NCBI GenBank assembly: GCA_038207335.1
Contig: JBBQZX010000020.1
Span: 32,001-96,000 of the forward strand
Length of the DNA stretch: 64,000 bases
Direction of reading: 5' to 3'
Source of the DNA: Chthoniobacterales bacterium
GTDB lineage: Bacteria > Verrucomicrobiota > Verrucomicrobiia > Chthoniobacterales > Chthoniobacteraceae
Shown here: positions 56,164-64,000 of the stretch, piece by piece
Layout: the number at the start of each line of letters is the position of its first letter
How positions within the stretch are numbered: position 1 is the stretch's first letter
The notes under the pieces: generated by a model
Databases searched by the model: none
What the model was told of the DNA's origin: nothing
What the model saw: only the letters and a program-made list of their open reading frames with translations
Position numbers and translations under genes: made by a program

Positions 56164-59100
56164 TCAGGGGTCACTTTGCAGATAGGCGTCCACATCTTTC
56201 GTCACCACCAGCTTCCCGAACATGATCATCCAGTGCCCCGGGAACGTACAGACATACTCATACTCCCCCTCCTGCTTTGGAGCCGTCAGCTTCACCGTCT
56301 CCTTCTTTCCCGGCTCGATGAGATGCGACGCGTTCAAGATGCGCTTGTCCCCCTTCTGCGGCAAATACGCGCGGCCTTCCTTGTCCAGTTGATCCGGTTT
56401 CATCGTCTGCACCGCCTCGGCGATTTGCTGGCGCGTTCCCGGTTGCACGAAAACGATGTTGTGCGGCATTAGGTCCACGTTTTCGAAGATCACCTCAAAT
56501 GGCTTCCCAGCTTCAACCACAAGCCGCGGAGTGTCATACCGCATCTGCTCACGCACAGTTTTGATGACATAGACATTCACGCCAAGCCCGCGCAATTCTT
56601 TCCGAACGCGCGCAGCATCGGTTGCAGGCAGTAGCGACGCGACCTCCATCCCCGTCTGCAGGCTTTCGACAAAATCCTGACCCGTGCGCTGATCGGTCGG
56701 CACCGTCTTCGCCCACACCAGAATGCTATCCGCAAGCGCCGCCGCCGTGGCCTTGTCCCAGCTCTCATGGGGAAGCTGCATCAAAGCGCGCGCCGCCGCC
56801 GGGCGGTTCATTCCGCGTTGCAGATGCGCGGCAAGCGTCACTGCATTGGCTTTCGCATTCTCCGTCCCCATCAAAGGGAGTGCGAGCAACGCAGCACTTC
56901 GCAACGACGACGAAGTCTTCGCATCCGCAAGCACCCCGGCGAGCAACGGCTGAAACTTCGCCCTCAGCGCAGGGTCGATCACCAGCCCGATCGCGTCGAT
57001 GAGCGATTGCTTAAACTGATCTGTTTTAGCCTCCGCCCAAGTCGCTTCCGCATTGCCATGAGCCACGATCAAAGCCGCCCACGCCGCGCGGCGCACCGCA
57101 TTCTGCGCCGCCTTATCCGCAAGTTCGGCGAGAGGCGCGCGGTTTTTCAGAAGTTCCGCCGGCACTGTCGCACCGAGCAGCTTCCCAAGTTCATCTGCCT
57201 GCGATCCACCGCCCTTCGCATCCAGCCTGCGCAAAGCCTCAATGATCTCCATCACAGCGCTGGTCTTATGAAGTTTCGCCAGCTCGCTGATCGACTTCTC
57301 TCGCGTCACCGCATCGGTGCTCTTGCGCTCGATCCGAGCCATTAAAACCGCCTCCACATTGGGCGCTTTCTGAAGATCCGCGTCCGACATCTTGGAAAGC
57401 AACGCCATGAGAATCTCCGGGTCGCTCGGCAGCATCGTCTCCTTGGAAAGCCCTTGAAGCTGCCGCAGCGTCTCCTTCAGCGTGTAGTCGATGTAGTAGT
57501 CGGTGGGCTGCTTGAGCACCGTGTAGGCCACGTCGATCGCCGCGGGCACGTCTTTGCCATTGAAGAAGCTCGCATCACGCGCCGCTTCCAGTCTTACCCG
57601 CGGATTCTCATCTCCCGCCGCGGTTTTAAGTAAAGCCAGTGCGTTCGGCACCCGGTCGCGCCAGTAGCACAGCACCCGCGCCGCCTGCGCCCGCGCACGC
57701 GGTTCCGGCGACTTCAGGATGTCATTCAGCAGAGCAAGATCGACGACATTGTGATACTGATGCACCCACAGTCCTTCGAGCCGGTTGTGCTCATAGTTCT
57801 TGTCGCTCTTATCGAGTCCCGCGATCCACTTCTTCGTAGCAGCGATGACCTCCGAGCTTTCGTGCTTGCCCAGCTCGATCTTCGCCCGCTCCCGCACATT
57901 ATTCTCCGGTTCCTTCAGCAGCTCCAGCAACGCCTCGATCGGCCGTCCATCGATCTTCGCAGGCTTCAGCAGCGGCATCCCGTCAAAGGTCAGCCGATAG
58001 ATTCGCCCATGATCCTGCTCACGGTTCGGATCGCGCAAATGATGCTGCAAGTGACCGATGAGTGGCTTGTGCCAGTCCATGAAATACACCGACCCATCCG
58101 GCGCCACAGACACACCCGAGGGACGAAAATTCGGGTCATCCGAAGTCACGAGATTCTCCAGCGTCTCACCTTTCAATCCCGAACCCTCCTCACTTACCTT
58201 CACTCGAAAGATACCCTGAATGCTGATGACATTGCAGTTCAGGAAATTGTCCTGATACTCCGCCGGCCAAGCCCGGCTAGATAGGATGGCAGTCCCAGGG
58301 CAGGGACGCGAAGGTCGCTCCCAGAATTGCTTCATGCCAGGATGCTTGCCCTCATCGAGATGCCCGCTGAACGCCGGCGCAAAGTAGTTCGCGTTACCAG
58401 TCGCATCCGTCACGATGTCATTGCCCCAGTAATCGAACACCTTGCCATGCGGGTTCGCAAATCCGTAGGCCACATAGCGCTCGAACTTGCCCGTCCGCGG
58501 CTCCCACCGATACAGCGAGCCATCCGTGTTCCTCACCGGCCCTTCCGCCGTCTCCACCTGAGTGCGAAAGAATACGCCATCGCTGAGATACATCGCCCCG
58601 CCCGGTTCGATTGCCATCGCATTCGTCTCATGGTGCGAGTCCGCCGCATCCAAGCCATCTAACACGCGCTCCCTCCAGTCCACCTTGCCATCTCCATTGG
58701 TATCTTTCACCTGCCACAGGTAGGGCGACTCCATGACAAAGACGCTGTCCTTGTAGAACTGGAACCCAGTCGGGCAATTCAAGTCATCGAGAAAAGTCGT
58801 GCATTTCTTCGCCTTACCATCCTCACCGATGTCGAACACGAGCAGCTTGTCGCCTTCCTTGCTCGTCGGTGTCCGCTCCGGGTAGTTCTTCCATGCGGAA
58901 ATCCAAAGGCGCCCTTTCGTATCCCAAGCCATCTGCACCGGACTCACCAGCTCCGGAAACTCCTTCTCACTCGCAACCAACTCGACCTTCACGCCTTTCG
59001 GCAAAGTCATGTGTTTGATCGCTTCCTCCCCATCAAGGTAGGTGTAGGACCCATCGGGATTCGTCCCCGGCTTGTTCGACTTGATCGTCGGCACCTCTGG

Positions 59101-60075
59101 AATGTTCGAGTCATCCACCTTGATGTCCCGCCCCTTCGCCAAAGCCCACACCCGCGCTTCACGGTTCGCCGTCATCACATCGCGCACCGCCAACTCCGGC
59201 CAGAGCACCGCCCGGTTATCCACCTTCGGCCCGCCCTTCCCAGACTCATACCCGATCGTCGAGCGACCCCCGAAAATATTGTATTGATCCACCGTCCGGT
59301 AGCGGCTCAGCCACATCGAATTCTCCACCTGCACCGCCTCGCGAATCTTCGCCAGCGCAGCATCTTCCGCAGGCGGCTGTGCCCCGAGGAGCGCCTTGTA
59401 GATCACCGGCGCGAGTGCTTGATACCCCGCGACAGTCAGATGAACGCCATTGTGAGTCAGCGGCGCCTTGGCCTTCGCGTAAAGCTCCAGCGACGGCGCG
59501 TAAAGATCGACGAACTTCACGTCGTTGGCCTTCGCCACCTCCGCCATCGCAGCCGCGTAGTTCTGCAAGTTCGTGTTGTTCGTCGTCGCATCGGGCCAGT
59601 TCGGATCAGTCCCTTTCTCCTGCGCGATCGGCGAAAAAAGCACCAACTCCGGCGCACTCGTCCCATTGAACTTCGCCGCCTTCATCTCCTTGATATACTT
59701 CTCCAAATTCGTCTTGAAATTCTCGATCCCATCGTAGCCGGCAAAGGACTCGTTGAACCCCCAAAACGCCAGCACCACATCCGTCTTCGCCTTCGCCAGC
59801 CAGTCCTCCTGCTTCGGCACATCGTCCGAGCGCATGTGCTTGTTCAGCTCATCCCCGGCAAAGCCCAGGTTGCGGATGCTGATGTCATCCTGCGGATGCG
59901 CCTTCACGATGAACGCTTCCAGCGTCCCATCGTGCTGCATCCGATCCGCCAGCGCGTTGCCGACGATGGAAATGTGTTCGCCTTTGTGGAGTTCGATCTT
60001 CTCCGGCGCAGCTGCGAACAACATGGAGGGAAGCGCCGAGACGTAAAGAAGTGAGGTGAGGAGTGTTCGTTTCAT
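56164..60075 (-). CDS. PVC-type multidomain secreted protein: SGNH/GDSL domain, dehydrogenase-like beta-propeller, HEAT repeats, C-terminal azurin/auracyanin-like cupredoxin
   Basis: GNALADRM...NLGFAGD...GFNES...THNGVHL; ASEKEFPELVSPVQMAWDTKGRLW; DWHKPLIGHLQHHLRDPNR; PRVRLEAA; type-1 Cu ligands MPHN...VCTFPGHWMIM. Confidence 0.8.
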   Translation of the reverse strand: MKRTLLTSLLYVSALPSMLFAAAPEKIELHKGEHISIVGNALADRMQHDGTLEAFIVKAHPQDDISIRNLGFAGDELNKHMRSDDVPKQEDWLAKAKTDVVLAFWGFNESFAGYDGIENFKTNLEKYIKEMKAAKFNGTSAPELVLFSPIAQEKGTDPNWPDATTNNTNLQNYAAAMAEVAKANDVKFVDLYAPSLELYAKAKAPLTHNGVHLTVAGYQALAPVIYKALLGAQPPAEDAALAKIREAVQVENSMWLSRYRTVDQYNIFGGRSTIGYESGKGGPKVDNRAVLWPELAVRDVMTANREARVWALAKGRDIKVDDSNIPEVPTIKSNKPGTNPDGSYTYLDGEEAIKHMTLPKGVKVELVASEKEFPELVSPVQMAWDTKGRLWISAWKNYPERTPTSKEGDKLLVFDIGEDGKAKKCTTFLDDLNCPTGFQFYKDSVFVMESPYLWQVKDTNGDGKVDWRERVLDGLDAADSHHETNAMAIEPGGAMYLSDGVFFRTQVETAEGPVRNTDGSLYRWEPRTGKFERYVAYGFANPHGKVFDYWGNDIVTDATGNANYFAPAFSGHLDEGKHPGMKQFWERPSRPCPGTAILSSRAWPAEYQDNFLNCNVISIQGIFRVKVSEEGSGLKGETLENLVTSDDPNFRPSGVSVAPDGSVYFMDWHKPLIGHLQHHLRDPNREQDHGRIYRLTFDGMPLLKPAKIDGRPIEALLELLKEPENNVRERAKIELGKHESSEVIAATKKWIAGLDKSDKNYEHNRLEGLWVHQYHNVVDLALLNDILKSPEPRARAQAARVLCYWRDRVPNALALLKTAAGDENPRVRLEAARDASFFNGKDVPAAIDVAYTVLKQPTDYYIDYTLKETLRQLQGLSKETMLPSDPEILMALLSKMSDADLQKAPNVEAVLMARIERKSTDAVTREKSISELAKLHKTSAVMEIIEALRRLDAKGGGSQADELGKLLGATVPAELLKNRAPLAELADKAAQNAVRRAAWAALIVAHGNAEATWAEAKTDQFKQSLIDAIGLVIDPALRAKFQPLLAGVLADAKTSSSLRSAALLALPLMGTENAKANAVTLAAHLQRGMNRPAAARALMQLPHESWDKATAAALADSILVWAKTVPTDQRTGQDFVESLQTGMEVASLLPATDAARVRKELRGLGVNVYVIKTVREQMRYDTPRLVVEAGKPFEVIFENVDLMPHNIVFVQPGTRQQIAEAVQTMKPDQLDKEGRAYLPQKGDKRILNASHLIEPGKKETVKLTAPKQEGEYEYVCTFPGHWMIMFGKLVVTKDVDAYLQSDP

Positions 60076-60108
60076 GTGGGGTAAAAGGAGAGGCGTCGCG
60101 GTGTCCGC

Positions 60109-61191
60109 TCAGCGTTGGTAGATTGGTAGAAAGTGGTTCTTTACTGCAAGGCTCAGGATCGCCATTGACGTCGCATACACCTTTCCAGCCTCACGGCCGT
60201 CCCCCCCGCCCTGCTCCCACGAGCCATCGCGGCCTTGCAGCGGCAGCAGCGAGTCAGCGACCGCCTTTCGCCCATCCTCCGCATACTTCCCGCCGCGCTG
60301 ATACATCCCCTGCGCATAGTAGTAAGTCGTGTAGTAGAACCATCGCTCCTCTGGCCGGATCTTCTCATTCGACAGCCGCTCCGCCGCGCCAAGCGTCTCC
60401 GGCGCCTCATACTCACCGCAGACTTGCAGCGCGAGCAATCCCTCCGCTGTGGTCGAAATCTCACGTCCTTTGTTCTGATACCCAAAACCGCCCGGCGAGA
60501 TCTTCCCACGCTTCTCAGCTTCGGCATCGTAGAGCCGCTTGATGTATTTCACCGCATCGTCGATCGCCTCCTTTGGCACATCGATCCCCGCATTTTTCGC
60601 CGCGCGCAATGCCATCACCTGCCACACGGTCACAGACATGTCCGAGGAAGTGTCATCCGGCGTGTAGCGCCAGCCGCCGCGCGAGTGCTCGTTCTTCGGC
60701 ACCTTTTGCGCGCGCAAGATGAGTTGCACTCCTTTCCTAGCCTTCTCCCGGATCAGATCATCCTGCTCCGAATCCGCCCCCATCCCGAGCATCTCATTGA
60801 GCATGAGTGTCGTGATCCCGTGCCCGTACATTCGCGACCCATCCTTTTGTCCAAAGTAACCATCCGCCTGCTGAACATCGGGCTTCAGAATGTAAGCGAT
60901 CCCCTTCTTCATCGCGACACCCTCCGGCGAATGATCGGTCGGCTGATTTCCCAGCGACGCAAGAGCCAGCACCGACAAAGAAGTCATCGCCGTCTCATTG
61001 CGACCTTTCTGCGAAATCGCTCCCGTATCCGCATTCTGCTGCGACACAAGAAACTGCGCCCCTTTTGCCAGCGCATCGTCCTCCTTGTCAACCGCCCGAG
61101 AGTTGACGCAAAAGCACGCGCTCGCAAGCAACACTATAACCGTGCGGCCAACGAGCCTCGAGTAGGACGAAAAACGGGCGGCGCTCATCAC
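60109..61191 (-). CDS. Prenyltransferase/squalene-oxidase-repeat (alpha/alpha toroid) secreted protein
   Basis: FLVSQQNADTG, MYGHGITTL, GGWRYTP...SDMSVTVWQVMALRAAKNAG, YYYAQ, LQGRDGSW, YATSMAILSL...LPIYQR. Confidence 0.8.
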   Translation of the reverse strand: MMSAARFSSYSRLVGRTVIVLLASACFCVNSRAVDKEDDALAKGAQFLVSQQNADTGAISQKGRNETAMTSLSVLALASLGNQPTDHSPEGVAMKKGIAYILKPDVQQADGYFGQKDGSRMYGHGITTLMLNEMLGMGADSEQDDLIREKARKGVQLILRAQKVPKNEHSRGGWRYTPDDTSSDMSVTVWQVMALRAAKNAGIDVPKEAIDDAVKYIKRLYDAEAEKRGKISPGGFGYQNKGREISTTAEGLLALQVCGEYEAPETLGAAERLSNEKIRPEERWFYYTTYYYAQGMYQRGGKYAEDGRKAVADSLLPLQGRDGSWEQGGGDGREAGKVYATSMAILSLAVKNHFLPIYQR

Positions 61192-63998
61192 TTCTTCGAT
61201 TTCTCCGCGATGACTCGGTAATAGGTCTCGATCTGATTCCGATACTCCCCTGCCACCGTCTCCCGCTGTCCCTGGCTCAGCTCCTCAGCAATCTGCTTCG
61301 GCAGCTTCCCCCAGTCGCCGGTCTTCGTGAGCCCGTTCAACTCCCCGATCTTTCCATAAGCCGTGCCCGTCCCATCCGCCTTCACGCCCGCCTTCGACTT
61401 CGCCTGCAAATCCCCTTTTGCCAACAGGGCCACTGGCGTCTCGGAGTTTTCGCTCCGCTCCGCGCGCATCGCTTGTGCCGCAGCCTGCGCGGCCGCGGCC
61501 ATCGCGGCTTGCGCCTGCGCCGCATCCTGGCTCGGCTGTCCCGGTTGTTCGCCTTTCCCCTGCTGCCCCGGCGGCTGACCCTGCGCGTTCGCCTGCTGAT
61601 CGCCCTTTTGCGCGTTCGCATCCGCCCCGCTGTGCAGCGCGGCATCGAGCGCATCAAGAGTGCGTGCCATCCACACCTGCTCCTGCGGCGTCGGCGGAGT
61701 CGTTGGAACATCAGCCATCAAGCCCTCGGGGGACCCGGTCGGCGGTGGTGTGCCCTGTGGCGAGCCGGCCTGTGCCTGCATAGGTGGCGTCTGCTGGCCA
61801 GCAGGTTGGCCCTGCGACGGCGGAGTTGCTGCGCCAGTCTGCGGACTTTGCGCGCCCTGCGGAGGTGTCTGCGCGGCCGTTTGCGCACTTGCGGGGGAAG
61901 GTGGCTGCGCCGCTGCATCCTGGGGCGTCGTCGGATTCGCAGCCGCTCCAAGCTGAGCCGCCTGCGCCGCGAGTTGCGAGTCCGCGGCATTCACCGCGGC
62001 TTGCGCCTCCGCCGCTTTTTGAGCCTTCGCGAGCGCCTGCTGCGCGCTGGGAACTTGTTGCATCGCCGTTTCCTTCACCGCAGCCCCGAGTTCTTGAAGT
62101 TGCTCGCCCACTGCGTTGTTTTGCAAACGCTCCTCATGCCGGCCCGCCCTCGCAACCTGCTCTCCCGCTTCATTTGCAGTCTGAGCGATTTGCGGTTGCT
62201 GATTCGCCGCCTGCGCGAGCTGCGGATTTTGCGCGCCCTGCGGCTTCGCTCCGGCTGGTGAATTCGGCGGCGTGTTCGAGGTCTGCTGCGCCATCTGCGG
62301 CGCTTGCGGATTCTGCGCCATGGCCGCGACCTGCTGCGAAGCGGCCTGCGCGTCTTTCGCCGCCTGCGCCGCTTGTTGCGCGGCCTGCTGCGCCTCGTTC
62401 GCTTCCTTTGAAGTTGCTTGATTCTTTGCCTGTTCGTCACCCGTCTTCTGCTGAGCCGTTTGCTGCGCAGTGGCCTGTGCCTTCGCTGCGTCTCCAGCTG
62501 CCTGCTCCGCCTGTTTCGCCGCTTCGCCGGATTTTTCAGCCGCAGCTTGCGCCGCGTTCGCTGCATTCGCCATCTCGTTCGGCTGTGTCATTTTCTCTGC
62601 CGCCTGCGCGGCCGATTGCGCCGCCTGCTCGGCCGCCTGCACCGCCTGCTGCGCATCCGCGCGCGCCTGCCGCGCTTGATCCGCCGCCGGCTGATTGTTC
62701 GCGACCTTCGCCGATTGCACCGCTTCGTCTGCCGCTTTCTGCGCATTCTTCGCGGCATCCAGCGACTTCTTCGCGGCGTCTTGCGCCTTTGCCGCCGCTT
62801 GCTGCGGCGTCGGCTGCGATCCATCGGGGTTCGCCTGCGCCGTCAACTTCGCCAAATCCTTCGCCACCTGATTCTCCTGCTTGCTCGCTTGGTCGAGTTG
62901 CTGCTTCGCATCCGCCAGAGTGTCTTTGGAAATCTCACTGAGTTCCTTCTGCATCTCGGGATTCTTCGTCAGCGCCTTTTCGAGCTGCGCCAGAAGTTCC
63001 TCCGGCGACTTCTGCGCGAGTTCCGCCATCTGCTCCGCCTTCGCAAATTGCGCGTCGAGTTGCTCCTTCACCCCATTCTCCTTCTCCGTCTCGCGCATCG
63101 CCGTGCGACTCTCCTCCGCCTTCCCCTGCTCCACATTTGCATAATGCTCCGCGAGTTGATTCAGCGCATCCGCGAGCTTTTGCTGATGCTCTGTCGCGCC
63201 AGTCTGCGCCTCTTTCCGCTGCGTCGCGTCGGGCGCCTGCGCCGCCTCCATCAATGCCTGCTCAGCCTTCACGGGCGGTTCCTTCAACATCGCCAGCGCA
63301 TCGTCCGCATCGCGCGCCCGCTCACGTCCCTCCTTCTGCGCCATGTCCTGCTGATTCGCATCCGCCCGCAGCGCGTCCTTCAACGCCCCGACTTCCGCAT
63401 TCAGCTTCTCCTGTTTCGCGAGCGTCTTTTGCGCCTCGGCCTGCGCCTCCGCGGGCGCTTGCTCCGCAGGCTTCTGCGCCGCTTCCTGCGTCTCTTTTTT
63501 CAAATCTTCCGTCTCTTTCGCGAGCTGCGCCGCCAGTTCCGACAGCTTCGGCACCATCTGCGCCAGCTCCTCGCGCGCCGCCTGCATCGGCTTGCGAAAC
63601 ACCGCCAGCGCTTGATTCGCGATCATCGCGACCTTCTCCACGTCTTCCCGCGCCGACACCGGATCACGCGCCCCGACATGTCGCTGCGCCATTTCCCCGC
63701 TCACCTGCTTCGGCGCTGCCGTGTTCATCCCCTTCCACAAAACCTCCTGTGCCTGGCTCATCAGCTTGCGCGTCTCATCATCCTGCGCCGCCTTCCCGAG
63801 TTCCTCGGGAATCGCGCGCAACCGTGACTCCAGCCAACTCCAGTCGCGCGGCGAGCTCGTCCGCGCACGTCCATTGCGAATCTCCCAGCGCTCCGCCGCC
63901 GCAAGCTGTCTTAGTCCATCCGCGACCTCGAAAATATTGTGACCGCTCTCGAGCAGCCGGAGATTTTTCTCCAGCGCCGCGAGCTTTTCCTTCAGTGC
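61188..63998 (-). CDS. Long Gln/Ala-rich coiled-coil protein (5' end outside window)
   Basis: Frame stays open upstream of the TTG at 63821 to the window edge (ALKEKLAALEKNLRLLESG...); C-terminal WGKLP...EYRNQIETYYRVIA resembles the ends of long PVC coiled-coil proteins; overlaps the next gene by 4 nt. Confidence 0.8.
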   Translation of the reverse strand, partial: ALKEKLAALEKNLRLLESGHNIFEVADGLRQLAAAERWEIRNGRARTSSPRDWSWLESRLRAIPEELGKAAQDDETRKLMSQAQEVLWKGMNTAAPKQVSGEMAQRHVGARDPVSAREDVEKVAMIANQALAVFRKPMQAAREELAQMVPKLSELAAQLAKETEDLKKETQEAAQKPAEQAPAEAQAEAQKTLAKQEKLNAEVGALKDALRADANQQDMAQKEGRERARDADDALAMLKEPPVKAEQALMEAAQAPDATQRKEAQTGATEHQQKLADALNQLAEHYANVEQGKAEESRTAMRETEKENGVKEQLDAQFAKAEQMAELAQKSPEELLAQLEKALTKNPEMQKELSEISKDTLADAKQQLDQASKQENQVAKDLAKLTAQANPDGSQPTPQQAAAKAQDAAKKSLDAAKNAQKAADEAVQSAKVANNQPAADQARQARADAQQAVQAAEQAAQSAAQAAEKMTQPNEMANAANAAQAAAEKSGEAAKQAEQAAGDAAKAQATAQQTAQQKTGDEQAKNQATSKEANEAQQAAQQAAQAAKDAQAASQQVAAMAQNPQAPQMAQQTSNTPPNSPAGAKPQGAQNPQLAQAANQQPQIAQTANEAGEQVARAGRHEERLQNNAVGEQLQELGAAVKETAMQQVPSAQQALAKAQKAAEAQAAVNAADSQLAAQAAQLGAAANPTTPQDAAAQPPSPASAQTAAQTPPQGAQSPQTGAATPPSQGQPAGQQTPPMQAQAGSPQGTPPPTGSPEGLMADVPTTPPTPQEQVWMARTLDALDAALHSGADANAQKGDQQANAQGQPPGQQGKGEQPGQPSQDAAQAQAAMAAAAQAAAQAMRAERSENSETPVALLAKGDLQAKSKAGVKADGTGTAYGKIGELNGLTKTGDWGKLPKQIAEELSQGQRETVAGEYRNQIETYYRVIAEKSKK

Positions 63999-64000
63999 CG

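Noticed and set aside
60109..61191. Squalene-hopene cyclase
   Set aside because: Too short (360 aa), no DXDD motif and has a signal-like N-terminus; only the repeat fold is shared.

Overview
High-GC (about 65% by eye) bacterial DNA, most consistent with Verrucomicrobiota (Chthoniobacter-like): PEP-CTERM proteins, PVC-type surface proteins and mostly Shine-Dalgarno-less starts. The first 31.4 kb is a tandem of three giant minus-strand Gly/Thr/Asn/Ala-rich proteins (>4004 aa running off the left edge, 3672 aa, 2569 aa) built from autotransporter-associated beta-strand repeats. The first two carry PA14 domains, and the two complete ones end in a PEP-CTERM signal rather than a beta-barrel. All three are preceded by the same ~80-bp element: a putative sigma70 promoter plus two TTRC-N6-GYAA palindromes at fixed spacing. 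Genes 2 and 3 share near-identical termini around unrelated cores. The rest is mostly core genome: Lrp-type regulator divergent from gltB (no adjacent gltD), VIT1, small lipoprotein, threonine aldolase, DUF6600-like protein, aminotransferase, two-domain Ndk, methyltransferases, prmA, rimO, rodZ, two glycoside hydrolases, M48 peptidase, a frameshifted phosphodiester glycosidase, an SGNH-propeller-HEAT-cupredoxin protein, and a prenyltransferase-fold protein next to a long coiled-coil protein. Notable non-coding structure: a ~1-kb segment bounded by 37-bp inverted repeats that carries a methyltransferase gene between rimO and prmA, and an ~800-bp intergenic mosaic (39243-40038) of REP doublets, MITE-like ends and a drifting 21-bp tandem array. 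All family assignments are from motif recognition by eye; no searches were run.
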